A stretch of DNA of 54,571 bases, the filler included, from Stramenopiles sp. TOSAG23-3 (taxonomy: Eukaryota): NCBI GenBank assembly GCA_900128585.1. It is 4 parts of 4 records of this genome, joined end to end, with 100 filler letters (N's around TTAATTAATTAA, not from the genome) between each part and the next. Parts side by side here need not be neighbours in the genome. Positions count along the whole stretch, not along the records: positions 1 to 25,164 come from LT642292.1; 3 more parts are not named here. The stretch is one strand, 5' to 3'. The translations under genes were made by a program, and so were the position numbers. A model generated the notes under the pieces. The model worked only from the letters and a program-made list of their open reading frames with translations. It had not been told where the DNA came from and did no database searches. Of this stretch, positions 1 to 11,269 are shown piece after piece (position 1 is the stretch's first letter; each line of letters starts with the position of its first letter).

Positions 1-1812
1 GTCTGCAATACTGGAGGAGAGTTGATATGCTGCGACGTCAAGGAATGCCCGAGGGTGTACCATTCAGGGTGTTTGCGCCTCCGAGATCTTCCCCCAGACG
101 ATTGCGAATTCGTATGCCCCTGGCACTTTTGTTCGGCTTGCGGTACCCGCGACCAGCACTTCCTCAGCGGAGACAACGAGAACGTCGACTTTAAATTAAG
201 ACTGCTGAGTTGTCCGAAAAATACTGTTCTCGCTGGCCCCAGCAGGGGGGGTGCTCCAGATAAAGGAACCCTCTCGGAAAATCTGCCGGGCAATCGCCAG
301 GAAGCCAGGGTTGGGGCTGGAACCAGCAGTGGGGAGAAGGACAAACCCACGGCCCGCACCACTGAAAATCCTGTTGAAGGAAGCAGAAAGGATGCAAAGT
401 ACTCCAAAGCAAAAGAAGTGTATTTTTGGTACGGTCACAACACGACCTTGTCGTTTTGCCCCCTGTGCGTTTCCAAGCAGGACTTTACGTTCCATCTCAC
501 CGAGGAGATGCCGCTCAATTGCATTGCAAGCCCAAAACCAATCCAGTATTTTACGCCTAGCTTCCTCACCAAACCGTCTCCGATTGTTCAGCTCAATCTA
601 ATTTTTGAAAGGGTTTGGGGGTTTGTGGTTTCGAACCGCCTGTCGCGCCCTTTTATGCAGCCCTTGCTGGCTTCCGTTTCTCCAACAGAGCGCTACTCGT
701 TGTCCAAAATTGCATGCGAGCCGCACACCGACCTGTCCGTTGTTGGCGAGAAGATTAGGTATGCCAAGTACACATCGTCGGAGGAGTTCAGAAATGACTT
801 TAAAGCGATCGCAGCCAACTGCTCCCTGCTTTGCGGGGGTATGTATGGGCCCGCAAGAATAGCGATGATAGAAGCCGCCAGGACGGTGCTGTACTTGTGC
901 GACGATCAATTACGGGCGCACCGAATAATTATCAACAATTTAGAGAGGGAAATTCAGCGCTTACGAAAACAGCAGAGTTTTGGTGGCGGAGTACAAAGCC
1001 TTCCGAAAACGACTAACAGGGCTCTGCCATACCCACTTCGGTCGTTCTTGTGTTTTCCGTTGCTTGCCCCCCCACCCGAAGCGTTTGATTCGGAAGCGTC
1101 TCTAGGCTCCAGGGTTTTCTTGTCTATGACGCCAACCCATTTTGCGGAAAACGGGAATGCTTTCCCATGCGGCAACGAATTTTCTGCCGCCAAGTTTACC
1201 CCTTACACTGAAAATGCAATGAAGCTGTTCCCAGAGTTCCCCCTGTGGAGTTTAGAAGCATGGGACAATTTTGTCGCAGACGAACGTGTTAAGCTTACAA
1301 TGGATGCCGACGGTGGCAATTCAGTGTCCCTGGCCCCGTCCCGTCCCTTGGACAGGTTGCGAACGGCAGAGGAAATGGAGATGGCGACCATAATGGCGAC
1401 CCTGGAGGTTCCAAGACGGCAAAGCGAAGAAGAACTGCACGCAGCAGGCCGTAGTGACCGTCATGCGTCAAGTCTATTGCCCGACCCGGTCTCGCAAATA
1501 AAATCGTTGGTCGAGCAGCAGGCTCACCATATGAGAGCTGCGTTAATGGCGTCCAGGGAGCTACAGCATGCATGGACGCACACCCACAAAATGTTTTGCG
1601 GTAGCGATGCTAGTGAGAACGCAGGAATTGTCAACATTGGGGATGGAAACCTCATCGCAGAGTACCGACTTGCGAACAAGAACTTGAAGCACATGTTGGC
1701 TAAAGTAAGATCGGAGCTTGTTGCGGAAACAGCCCGGCGAAAAGAGCTGGAACTAGAAAATATAGAGCTGAAGCAAACATTCAAGACCACGAAGGAGGGG
1801 AGCAATCAATAA
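1..1812 (+). CDS. PHD-finger plus bromodomain-like chromatin protein with C-terminal coiled coil; 5'-truncated by the window edge
   Basis: The frame is open from base 1: VCNTGGELICCDVKECPRVYHSGCL...CPWHFCSACG (PHD plus NSD-like Cys/His finger). LSRPFMQP...DLSVVGEKIRYAKYTSSEEFRNDFKAIAANC is bromodomain-like. Confidence 0.8.
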   Translation, partial: VCNTGGELICCDVKECPRVYHSGCLRLRDLPPDDCEFVCPWHFCSACGTRDQHFLSGDNENVDFKLRLLSCPKNTVLAGPSRGGAPDKGTLSENLPGNRQEARVGAGTSSGEKDKPTARTTENPVEGSRKDAKYSKAKEVYFWYGHNTTLSFCPLCVSKQDFTFHLTEEMPLNCIASPKPIQYFTPSFLTKPSPIVQLNLIFERVWGFVVSNRLSRPFMQPLLASVSPTERYSLSKIACEPHTDLSVVGEKIRYAKYTSSEEFRNDFKAIAANCSLLCGGMYGPARIAMIEAARTVLYLCDDQLRAHRIIINNLEREIQRLRKQQSFGGGVQSLPKTTNRALPYPLRSFLCFPLLAPPPEAFDSEASLGSRVFLSMTPTHFAENGNAFPCGNEFSAAKFTPYTENAMKLFPEFPLWSLEAWDNFVADERVKLTMDADGGNSVSLAPSRPLDRLRTAEEMEMATIMATLEVPRRQSEEELHAAGRSDRHASSLLPDPVSQIKSLVEQQAHHMRAALMASRELQHAWTHTHKMFCGSDASENAGIVNIGDGNLIAEYRLANKNLKHMLAKVRSELVAETARRKELELENIELKQTFKTTKEGSNQ

Positions 1813-2001
1813 GCAAAAGCAGGATTTGCCCAGTTGCCTGAGTTGATTGAGATTAGTCCAGTTTAATTGTTGTAGATAACTACCGTACTATATATATACC
1901 AAGGGAGAACAGATTATTTACAGGCACACAGGTGCTGATTACTACCCGTACTTATACTATTATACATCTCTTCTTTGTTGATTTTTCGCTTTTTTTTTTT
2001 A

Positions 2002-2081
2002 GCGTCGCCGCCGCTCGCCGCGTCTCAGTCCGCCGTCTCTCCCCGCGCCGCCGCCACTAAAAAACATACCTATATATATAA
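2002..2081 (+). promoter_or_regulatory. GCC-rich island followed by a TATA-like tract upstream of the MFS gene
   Basis: gcgtcgccgccgctcgccgcg...gcgccgccgccac lies in AT-rich intergenic DNA, followed by tatatatataa at 2071-2081, about 170 bp before the ATG at 2249. Confidence 0.35.
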
Positions 2082-2248
2082 TTCAAACGCCGCTTCAGTT
2101 CCTTTTTCTTTTTAACTGTGCGTTTTTGTATGTTATATTCAGACTGCATTTCACAATATACGACAAGCTTGTAAATAACTTCGCCGAATATACAGGAGAG
2201 GGACGTGGACGTTGTAAAGCAAACAGGGGAAACTTTCCCCGTGCATGA

Positions 2249-3655
2249 ATGTCTGCCGAACGATGGGCTTCGTGCTGTCGTGCACTTCCTATTTGCTGCT
2301 GCCTTTTTCAGAACCCTGGCGGGGCCAATAAAGCCAGGTCGTCATTTTTTGCAGGGCTGTTGGTGATTTTTGGGTGTAGTATTCTCACCATATCTACGTT
2401 CCCTGCACATACGTTTGGCTGGGCGTTTTTCTTGCCGCACCTTATGGCAGAGGTCAACGTGAGCAGAAGTGCAGTAGCAAGCATGTGGGGGGTTGCGTTG
2501 TTGGTCGACGCGCCGCTGTTGGTATTAGCAGGCCGGTTTTTGGATCGTTACGGCCAACAGCTGACGCTTACGTTGGCATGCCCCCTGTTCGCGTGCTTTG
2601 TTTGCCTTGGGAGCACAATAGACTCATGGGTTGGGCTGATGGGCTCGTTTTTTGTGTTGCGTTTTTTAGGCGCCGGGGTCATTGTGCTGGTTTCTAATAC
2701 CACACTTGCAAAATGGTTTAAAGTGCACCGGGGGAAAGCTGCCTTGGTGGTTGTAGTTAGTAGCTTTGTTATGGTGATCATGCAGGCCCCAGTTCATTTT
2801 CTCATTGGGTTGTATGGGTGGAGATGGGCGTTCATTATTTTGGCCGTAATTGTTTTTAGTATTCAATTAATTACGCTTGCCATAATTCGCGATGATCCTG
2901 TCTACTACGAGCTGTTACCTGATTTCGGGCAATTGGATAGAACGGACAGTATCGACTTAGGCGGGATCGAAATGAGGGAAAAGCCTCGAAATGCTGAGAT
3001 TGTTAAGGTCGAAGCAGGGTGCGAAGAGTTGACGTTGGACGGCTTCGACCAATTGTCGTACGCGGAATGCAAGAAAACAGCGCTTTTCTGGGCATGCATT
3101 ATTTCCCAGTGCAGCGTGGAGTTTTCATGGTGTGGCTTTCAATTTTTTATTTATGATCTACTCTCGAGCTCAGGCGCGAAACTGAGCGCGGACGACGTTG
3201 TTTTCGTTCAGGTTGCCGGAAGCATTGTAACAATGGTGTATACCCTTTTGGTTGGTCTGATAGTCGACAAAATAAAAGCTTGGCACCTGAGGTATGTGAT
3301 GCTTCTGTCATTATTCTGTGGAATGGTTGCCCAGTTGTTCTTGGCGTTTGGGAATAGTGTTGCTGCTATGTGCTTGTTTACAAGTTTTCTCGGAGCTTCC
3401 ATGGGACCAAACGATTTGCTTACGTCGACGCTTTACGCTGGTATATTTGGAAGGAAAGAAATCAGCAAAAAACTTTCCTTGGTCAGCACGGCGGCACATT
3501 TTTTTGTTGGCCTGTCGCCCTTGTATTGTGGCTTGACGGCGGACCTTTCCGGTGGTAGTTACTCCATCGCGTTTTGGACAATGTTTGCCTTTTCAGGGAC
3601 TTGCGCCGTTGCTTTGCTTTTCTCCCCAAACCCGCATCAAAATGTGCCAAAATGA
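2249..3655 (+). CDS. Major facilitator superfamily transporter (MCT/OFA-like)
   Basis: 468 aa with about 12 hydrophobic segments, motif A GRFLDRYG, KWFKVHRGKA and YGWRWAF. Confidence 0.88.
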   Translation: MSAERWASCCRALPICCCLFQNPGGANKARSSFFAGLLVIFGCSILTISTFPAHTFGWAFFLPHLMAEVNVSRSAVASMWGVALLVDAPLLVLAGRFLDRYGQQLTLTLACPLFACFVCLGSTIDSWVGLMGSFFVLRFLGAGVIVLVSNTTLAKWFKVHRGKAALVVVVSSFVMVIMQAPVHFLIGLYGWRWAFIILAVIVFSIQLITLAIIRDDPVYYELLPDFGQLDRTDSIDLGGIEMREKPRNAEIVKVEAGCEELTLDGFDQLSYAECKKTALFWACIISQCSVEFSWCGFQFFIYDLLSSSGAKLSADDVVFVQVAGSIVTMVYTLLVGLIVDKIKAWHLRYVMLLSLFCGMVAQLFLAFGNSVAAMCLFTSFLGASMGPNDLLTSTLYAGIFGRKEISKKLSLVSTAAHFFVGLSPLYCGLTADLSGGSYSIAFWTMFAFSGTCAVALLFSPNPHQNVPK

Positions 3656-4732
3656 TGAATTTACAGAATGTGAGCGTTTGAAGTTCAGTGTCAAAAGATT
3701 TTATGCAATTAAAGAGACTCTGCATGAATGAGACGAGACTTCTTCTTTTTGCTGTATGATTAAGAAACCCTTTTTCTTTTTTCCTTTCTTTGCCCAAAAA
3801 CTTTCACAAACCCTATTTTGAACTGTAATGTACTATTACACACAGTTGTGATACGTGTAATACGTATACGAAATAATAGTTTTTGGGTGGTCACTACCAG
3901 CTGTAATGAATGAAGGATTCAACACTGTATTTAGTCGTCTAGCCTATTGTGTGTACATTACATATTAAATANNNNNNNNNNNNNNNNNNNNNNNNNNNNN
4001 NNNNNNNNNNNNNNNNNNNNNNNNNNNNNNNNNNNNNNNNNNNNNNNNNNNNNNNNNNNNNNTACCTTCTTTTTTTTCTTCATACTCCTCCACTACGAGG
4101 ACGTAGTCAGTCAGTCATCTTCCTCTTTTACCTCCCTTTTAATTATTAACCTTTAATAATATGCAAAACTTTTCTACTTTCTCAAGTGGCCACAAAAAAG
4201 TGTATTTTTGTTACCTATGCTCTATTCTTATTACTTCAATACTTGGCGCCCTTTGTTTCATTCCTTTGCTTTGCTTTGCTTAAATAGGGTTTTTATTGTT
4301 TTTTTGTTTGTTTGTTTGTTGTCTCTGTGTAGTTCTACTCGTATGTGTATGATATTGTATCCATTGAATTCTATTTTATTAGATAGTCTAGCTATATAAT
4401 AATATAATAATAAATAGGTGACATAGAAGGAAGGAAGGAAGGAAGGAAGAAAGGTTCATTGGAATTTAAATAGATAGAAGAAGTGTAGACGACAGTTTGT
4501 TCCTTTCTTCCTCTATGTTTGTATGAAACATGTCTACACACTCAGTCTTACAACTGGTTTCATTACAAGTATGCAATTCTTCACGGGTTATTTTTTCGTC
4601 CGTTGATTCTCTCATTCCTTTTTTCGCCCGAGACAAATTTTCAATCGTAAGCACTTGATTCTTCTTGCCACCACCACACACTACTACCTCGCGCCTGTTT
4701 GAAACGTTTTCTACGAAGCAACTCTGCCCAAT

Positions 4733-7700
4733 ATGTCTAAACGGGGCAATCAACAAGGTTCACGGGATGGCGCGAACGGTGCGGCTGCAAAGAAACGCCG
4801 CTCTGCTCTCTCCGCGTCTGCACAAATGGTGTTCGATCCATCTCTTCGAAAGGCCGGAAAGCTTGTGTTTGAAGACGGCACGGAGTTCTCCGGGTACTCG
4901 TTTGGTGCGGACGTCGCCCAAAGCGGTGAAATCGTTTTCAACACTGGCATGGTGGGCTACCCAGAGTCCTTGTCCGACCCAAGTTACAAGAGCCAAATCC
5001 TTGTCCTCTCCTACCCCATGGTAGGAAACTATGGCGTCCCGGGCGACGACAAGGATGAGTATGGCCTTCCCGCTTTCTTCGAGTCCGACTCTGTGCACGT
5101 CGCCGGGCTCATTATTTCAGACTACACCGAAGCCTATAGCCACTGGAACGCTCGCCGCTCCCTCGGCCAGTGGTTGACGGAGCACAACGTTCCCGCGTTG
5201 TACGGCATCGACACCCGCGAACTGACGAAAAAGATCCGAGAAAAGGGGAGCATGCTCGGAAAAATTGTATTCCCGGGCAAGGACGTTCCGATCGAAGACC
5301 CCAACAAGAGGAACCTGGTGGCAGAGGTGTCCACTAAAGAGCCAAAGGTGTACGGGTCTGGCGAGACGCGAATCCTCGCGTACGACTGTGGGATGAAATG
5401 CAACATCGTTCGAAACTTGATCAAGCAAGGTGCCACCGTGATCGTCGTGCCGTACGATTACGACCTAAAAAATAATCCGAACAAGTACAAGTACGATGGG
5501 GTTTTTCTCAGCAACGGCCCTGGGGACCCGACGATGGCGGCTAGCACCGTGGAAAGCGTGAAGTGGGCAATCACCACGGACATTCCGATCTTCGGGATTT
5601 GCCTGGGGAACCAGATCCTCGCTTTGGCATGCGGCGCCAAGACGTACAAGATGAAGTACGGGAACCGTAGTATGAACCAGCCATGCGTTGATTTGAGGAC
5701 AGGGCAATGCTACATTACCCCACAAAACCATGGGTACGCGGTCGACAGCGACTCCCTCCCTGAAGGGTGGAGCACGCTCTTCATCAACGCGAACGACATG
5801 AGTAACGAGGGCATCATTCATTCCCACAAGAAAATCTTTAGCGTGCAGTTTCACCCAGAGGCATGCGGAGGGCCCACCGACACGGAATTCTTGTTCGAAA
5901 CCTTCCTGAACAATGTACGCGGGACCACGGAAAAAATCAAGCTCATCGACCCGTTGATGTACAACCGCCCACAAGTCCAAAAGATTCTTCTCCTTGGCTC
6001 TGGCGGTCTCTCGATCGGCCAAGCCGGGGAATTTGACTACAGTGGCTCCCAGGCGATCAAAGCGCTAAAGGAGGAAGGGAAAGAAGTGATTCTTGTCAAC
6101 CCCAACATTGCCACCGTTCAGACGAGCGTGGGAATGGCCGATAAGGTGTATTTTCAACCGGTGACGAAGGACATGGTCATTTCGATCATTGAGAAAGAGA
6201 AGCCAGACAGCATCATCTTGTCCATGGGGGGCCAAACTGCCCTCAACGTCGGCGTCGAACTGTACGAGAGCGGTGCGCTGGAAGAGCACAACGTTCAAGT
6301 CCTGGGCACCCCTATCCCCGTCATTGTAACGACCGAGGACAGGGAAGAGTTTGCAAAGCGCCTTGCCGAAGTCGGCGAGAGCTGCGCGTTGAGCTACTCG
6401 GCCGAGACCGTGGAGCAAGCCGTAGAAGCCGCGAACAAGATCGGGTACCCCGTTCTCGTTCGCGCTGCATTCGCCCTGGGGGGGCTGGGCAGCGGCTTCG
6501 CAGACAATGAAAAGCAGCTGCTTGCACTGGCCCACCAAGCGTTCGCCATTTCCCCGCAGATCATGGTCGACCAAGATTTACGCGGGTGGAAGGAAGTAGA
6601 GTATGAAGTCGTTCGCGACTGTCGCGATAATTGCATCACCGTGTGCAACATGGAAAATTTCGATCCACTCGGAATCCACACTGGTGACTCCATCGTCGTC
6701 GCCCCCAGTCAAACCCTTTCGAACTCGGAGTACTTTATGCTTCGCAAAGCAGCCATCAAAGTCGTGAGGCACCTTGGTGTTGTTGGAGAGTGTAACATTC
6801 AGTACGCGCTTCACCCCGAAAGCGAACGGTACTGTGTGATTGAAGTGAACGCGCGCCTGTCACGTTCCAGTGCCTTGGCCTCGAAGGCCACTGGCTACCC
6901 ACTCGCGTACGTCGCAGCCAAGCTTGCCTTGGGCGTTGATCTGGTAACCCTGCGGAACAGCGTCACGAAGACGACCACGGCGTGCTTCGAGCCTGCATTG
7001 GACTATTGCGTCGTCAAGATCCCGCGGTTCGACTTAAAGAAATTCAACCGTGTGTCGAAATCTGTCGGCAGTAGCATGAAGAGTGTGGGGGAGGTGATGG
7101 CTATTGGCAGAAATTTTGAGGAAACCTTTCAAAAGGCGATGCGCATGATGGCCCCCAGCATTGCAGGCTTCGAATCTTTAGGGCGTTTGAAAGACGAGTC
7201 AGACGAGGACCTCGACAAGCTGTTGAAGTACCCCGACTACGAGCGCGTGTTTGCCGTCGCCGAAGCGTTCGAGAGAGGGTACTCCGTGGACAGAATCCAT
7301 CAGCTCACTAAGATTGACAGGTGGTTCTTGTCGAAACTTGGCAACGTGGACGACTTGAAGAAGGCGCTGGAAGTCTTGCAAGATGCAAACAAGCTGACCA
7401 AGCCGCAAATGACGTCGTTGAAAATGGCCGGGTTTTCCGACCTGCAAATTGCAAATCGTTGCAATACCTCCGAGCTGATCGTTCGTAGAAAGCGATTGTC
7501 TATGGATATCAGACCGTACGTCAAACAAATAGACACCCTGGCGGCAGAGTACCCGGCTCAGACGAACTATCTGTACATGACATATTGCGGCAACGAAGAT
7601 GACATTGTCTTCGACGCCGAGGGCATCATGGTTCTTGGCTGCGGGCCGTACTGCATCGGGAGCAGTGTAGAGTTCGACTGGTGCGCTGTTAGTTGCGTGC

Positions 7701-9202
7701 GCCAGCTTCGCAAGAGCGGCTTCAAGGCCATCGTCGTCAACTATAATCCAGAAACTGTCAGTACGGACTACGACGAGAGCGACCGGCTGTATTTTGAAGA
7801 ATTAAGCGCGGAGCGTGTCCTCGATATTTACGAGCGGGAAGTGGCCCAAGGGGTCATCGTCTCTGTGGGAGGCCAAATTGCGAACAACTTGGCCCTCCCC
7901 CTGCACCGCCAAGGTGTCAATATTCTCGGCACAGCCCCGGAAATGATAGACCTCGCCGAAGATCGCCACAAATTTTCTGCCCTGCTCGATCGATTGGGTG
8001 TGGATCAGCCCAAGTGGATCGAATTCAGTGGGTCCAGCAGCGATCAAATGAAGCAGGCTTGCGAAAAAATGGGCTACCCCGTTTTGGTCCGCCCCAGTTT
8101 TGTCCTCTCCGGGGCCGCCATGCGCGTAGCTTCATCATTCAAAGAGTTGACGAACTTCTTGGATCACGTAGCTGCCGCCTCTTCCGACGGGCCTATTGTT
8201 GTTTCCAAGTTTATTTTGGGCGCCAAAGAAGTGGAGTTTGATGGCGTCGCCAAAGACGGGGAAATTTTGAACTACGCCATTTCTGAGCACGTTGAAAATG
8301 CTGGGGTTCACTCTGGTGACGCCACCCTTATCTTGCCGGCCCAGGGGCTGTACGTAGAGACGATCCGACAAATCAAAGCCATCAGTGCAAAGATTGCACA
8401 AGGTTTGAACATCTCGGGCCCCTTCAATATTCAGTACATGGCCAGAGATAACTTTGTGAAAGTCATTGAATGCAACCTTCGCTCCTCTCGTACGTTTCCG
8501 TTTGCATCGAAAACGTTTAATGTGAACCTCATCAGTCTTGCAACCCGCGTCATGGCAGGGTTGCCCGTGCAGCGATTGCGATTTAACTTGCTTGATTTGG
8601 ATTATGTTGGCATCAAGGCCCCACAATTTAGTTTTACTCGACTTCAAGGCGCCGACCCGACCCTTGGCGTAGAAATGTCATCGACCGGGGAAGTCGCGTG
8701 CTTCGGCTCCAACAGGTACGAGGCCTACTTGCTTGCTCTACAGTCAACAAAGTTTAAGTTGCCCAACCGGACCAAAAATATTTTTCTGTCTCTGGGGCCG
8801 AAAAAATCAAAAGAAGCTTTTTGTGAATGCGCTACAACTCTTTGCAAGCTCGGGTATTCTCTTTTCGGGACATTGGGGACTGCCCAGAGCCTGCGCGATG
8901 AAGGTGTAGAAATAACCACCTTGCACAAACCGTCGAGTGGTAAAAAACCGAACTCCAAGGAATATTTGTCGAACAACAAGATTGACCTCGTGATCAACGT
9001 TGCTGACGGGTTTAGAACCGAGAATATTTCCGAGGGCTATTTGATCCGCCGTGCAGCAGTCGATTTTGGGGTCGGTCTGATCACGAATTTGAAATGCGCG
9101 ATCATGTTGGTAAAGGCTTTGGAGTGGAAGGCAGAGCACCCAGCTGGGCCGCCCATGCACATGCAAGAATATTACCGCAGCAATACCTTCTCGAACTTTT
9201 AA
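4733..9202 (+). CDS. CPS: Carbamoyl-phosphate synthetase, fused glutaminase + synthetase + MGS-like domain, with no DHOase or ATCase
   Basis: GEIVFNTGMVGYPESLSDPSY, LSNGPGDP, GICLG (catalytic Cys), QFHPE, IGQAGEFDYSG, two ATP-grasp domains and a C-terminal MGS-like IRRAAVDFGV. Confidence 0.97.
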   Translation: MSKRGNQQGSRDGANGAAAKKRRSALSASAQMVFDPSLRKAGKLVFEDGTEFSGYSFGADVAQSGEIVFNTGMVGYPESLSDPSYKSQILVLSYPMVGNYGVPGDDKDEYGLPAFFESDSVHVAGLIISDYTEAYSHWNARRSLGQWLTEHNVPALYGIDTRELTKKIREKGSMLGKIVFPGKDVPIEDPNKRNLVAEVSTKEPKVYGSGETRILAYDCGMKCNIVRNLIKQGATVIVVPYDYDLKNNPNKYKYDGVFLSNGPGDPTMAASTVESVKWAITTDIPIFGICLGNQILALACGAKTYKMKYGNRSMNQPCVDLRTGQCYITPQNHGYAVDSDSLPEGWSTLFINANDMSNEGIIHSHKKIFSVQFHPEACGGPTDTEFLFETFLNNVRGTTEKIKLIDPLMYNRPQVQKILLLGSGGLSIGQAGEFDYSGSQAIKALKEEGKEVILVNPNIATVQTSVGMADKVYFQPVTKDMVISIIEKEKPDSIILSMGGQTALNVGVELYESGALEEHNVQVLGTPIPVIVTTEDREEFAKRLAEVGESCALSYSAETVEQAVEAANKIGYPVLVRAAFALGGLGSGFADNEKQLLALAHQAFAISPQIMVDQDLRGWKEVEYEVVRDCRDNCITVCNMENFDPLGIHTGDSIVVAPSQTLSNSEYFMLRKAAIKVVRHLGVVGECNIQYALHPESERYCVIEVNARLSRSSALASKATGYPLAYVAAKLALGVDLVTLRNSVTKTTTACFEPALDYCVVKIPRFDLKKFNRVSKSVGSSMKSVGEVMAIGRNFEETFQKAMRMMAPSIAGFESLGRLKDESDEDLDKLLKYPDYERVFAVAEAFERGYSVDRIHQLTKIDRWFLSKLGNVDDLKKALEVLQDANKLTKPQMTSLKMAGFSDLQIANRCNTSELIVRRKRLSMDIRPYVKQIDTLAAEYPAQTNYLYMTYCGNEDDIVFDAEGIMVLGCGPYCIGSSVEFDWCAVSCVRQLRKSGFKAIVVNYNPETVSTDYDESDRLYFEELSAERVLDIYEREVAQGVIVSVGGQIANNLALPLHRQGVNILGTAPEMIDLAEDRHKFSALLDRLGVDQPKWIEFSGSSSDQMKQACEKMGYPVLVRPSFVLSGAAMRVASSFKELTNFLDHVAAASSDGPIVVSKFILGAKEVEFDGVAKDGEILNYAISEHVENAGVHSGDATLILPAQGLYVETIRQIKAISAKIAQGLNISGPFNIQYMARDNFVKVIECNLRSSRTFPFASKTFNVNLISLATRVMAGLPVQRLRFNLLDLDYVGIKAPQFSFTRLQGADPTLGVEMSSTGEVACFGSNRYEAYLLALQSTKFKLPNRTKNIFLSLGPKKSKEAFCECATTLCKLGYSLFGTLGTAQSLRDEGVEITTLHKPSSGKKPNSKEYLSNNKIDLVINVADGFRTENISEGYLIRRAAVDFGVGLITNLKCAIMLVKALEWKAEHPAGPPMHMQEYYRSNTFSNF

Positions 9203-9318
9203 GTTAGAAAGTAACATGTTACTAAATGAGGTTACGACGGCGGTGTCTTACACAAATGTTTAACGCGCTCTGAAATCTAAGAATTTGTTTTAAAAACCTG
9301 ATTCAGTTTAATCAAATT

Positions 9319-9388
9319 AAACAAGAAAATTGGCTGTTATTTAAGTTAATTAAACTTAATGTACTGCGAACTGAAATCTAGATTTAGA
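9319..9388 (+). repeat. 3'-intergenic repeat family: core motif plus partial module B
   Basis: aaacaagaaaattggctgttatttaagttaattaaacttaatgtactgcgaactgaaatctagatttaga is near-identical to the copies at 12940-13027 and 45732-45818. Confidence 0.9.
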
Positions 9389-9478
9389 TTTAATCTAATA
9401 TTAAGTTTTTAGTACTGCATACGATGCTTAATACGAAGCGCGCTTTGTTTCATAATAATTATACTCGCGGGAGTTATA

Positions 9479-9531
9479 AAAAGAAAAAAGAAGGTGTCAG
9501 TTCAAGAACAAGCTCCCCAAGTTCTGGTCAA
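9479..9531 (+). repeat. 3'-intergenic repeat family: module C, first part
   Basis: aagaaggtgtcagttcaagaacaa matches 15341-15364. ctccccaagttctggtcaa (9513-9531) is the reverse complement of 41829-41847. Confidence 0.85.
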
Positions 9532-9776
9532 CTCTTTTTTTTTTAAAAACATATTTATATTAGTATGCTTTAAGACTCTCACTTTATACTTTTTATCAAT
9601 CATTCTTATATATATATGGTCTTAGTTCTGTATGGATTTTTGTACGTACATCTAGTATCTAGGTTGTCGACACCCCCTGTTTACGAGTTTTGCGTTAACT
9701 CTCGGACGAAAAAATGTGACGGAAGCTGATCTCGTTTCGAGGAACCCCTCGCTTTGCTCCACACTCCACACCCTAC

Positions 9777-10448
9777 TTACATGAAACGCAAATACAAGAC
9801 TAAAACAATAAAGAGGCAGCATGCGCCTGCCGCCATATACTTTTGAACAAGCTTCCAAAAGTTCAGCATTTTTGCATTCTTCTCAAATGCCTTTGATTTC
9901 CTCAACAAATCCCTGGAACCGGAGCCCACCTGTTCGAGCCTTTCCCCTCGACTGAGCACTTCTTCAATATTCATGCGCATAATGTTGGTAATGTCTGCTA
10001 GCTCTGAGTTTAAACGTTGCATGTTCTTGCTACTATTGGGGTTTTGATAATCTCTTCGTTTACGCTGAATGATCTTATCAAACTTTATAAAAGCGTACGG
10101 GTGGCTTACCGTGTCCACGGTGGACCTATAGTCTGGTCCGTGGTCCGCTCTCAACTCTTCAACGAACGCTCGCTTTATGTCTTCTAAAAAGCCGAACGAC
10201 AAGCGTTTGTCGTATCCTCTTTCACATAGCGTCATGTAACACACGCCGTCATCAATTATATAATGAAAGGTATAATCCCCCGATTCGAAACTACACTTTT
10301 TTGGAGACCGAGCGTTCAGCTTACCAAGTATCATCTTTGCTTGCTGTTTATAGGAGTCGAAGTTCTGCCCAGGCGCCCCCGCAACCTCCATACTCGCTGT
10401 CAGCAGAAGCCCATCGCTGGACCGTGCAACAAAAGTTAATATCGGCAT
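9777..10448 (-). CDS. SEC22: Longin R-SNARE Sec22
   Basis: N-terminal ARSSDGLLLTAS longin domain, PYAFIKFD, SNARE motif NIEEVLSRGERLE and a C-terminal TM helix. Confidence 0.93.
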   Translation of the reverse strand: MPILTFVARSSDGLLLTASMEVAGAPGQNFDSYKQQAKMILGKLNARSPKKCSFESGDYTFHYIIDDGVCYMTLCERGYDKRLSFGFLEDIKRAFVEELRADHGPDYRSTVDTVSHPYAFIKFDKIIQRKRRDYQNPNSSKNMQRLNSELADITNIMRMNIEEVLSRGERLEQVGSGSRDLLRKSKAFEKNAKMLNFWKLVQKYMAAGACCLFIVLVLYLRFM

Positions 10449-11269
10449 CGGTTCAGTTCGGTTTACTTTTTTCTAGAAAAACAAATGTTACATCGAACGC
10501 ACGAATAAATACGAAATGGAAATCACGCAAATCTACCTTTCTAAGTACGTTTGAATCTATACAATAGAGAAGACAGAGAGAGAAGAAGAAAACGAAACCA
10601 CTACTTTTTTAAAATTGTATTATTATATTTTTTTATTAAAATTATTATTTTTTTTATTATTAATTATAATATTATAATTATTTAGATTATTTTATAGTAG
10701 TCCTAATAAATAATAATTTTAAATATTAATAAATGTGATGATGATGAGAATTGTGATCATCATCAACAAAAAAACATTTAAAAAGTAAATAATAGAAGAG
10801 AAAGAGTCCGTCTTCTCTCTTCTTCTTCTATCTTCTTTTATTTCTTCTTTCTTCTCTTATTTCTTCTTCTTCTTTTGTTTCTTCTTCTTTCTTTTTTTTT
10901 TCTAGGATTAGTCTTCTCTAATGAGCTATTAGTCATATTTCATTTTTTGAATATTTATAAGTAAATAGCATTGAGAAATGATTAAAAGAATGCTCTATTT
11001 ATTGTAACCTTTTTCTCTGAAGATCCAGTCATGTATTATACCGGAACCACCGATAGTACATGCATGTTATATGAGGTATCATCATAAAATTACAAGAAGA
11101 ATGTAAAAAATTCTTTATCAAAGTACTTTTGTATGCTTCACTCAAATGATATTTAAATTGTTAGGTAATATATACAATAATTAGACACAAGTCTGATTTT
11201 GATCAAACGAATATTGCGCCGTTGTTTGGAAAGTCGTGCAAGCGTTTTCCATTAGTCTGTGCTGTTTCC

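Noticed and set aside
4665-9217. Numerous overlapping and antisense ORFs within CPS and the other long genes
   Set aside because: Shadow ORFs expected in GC-rich coding DNA, with no recognisable motifs.
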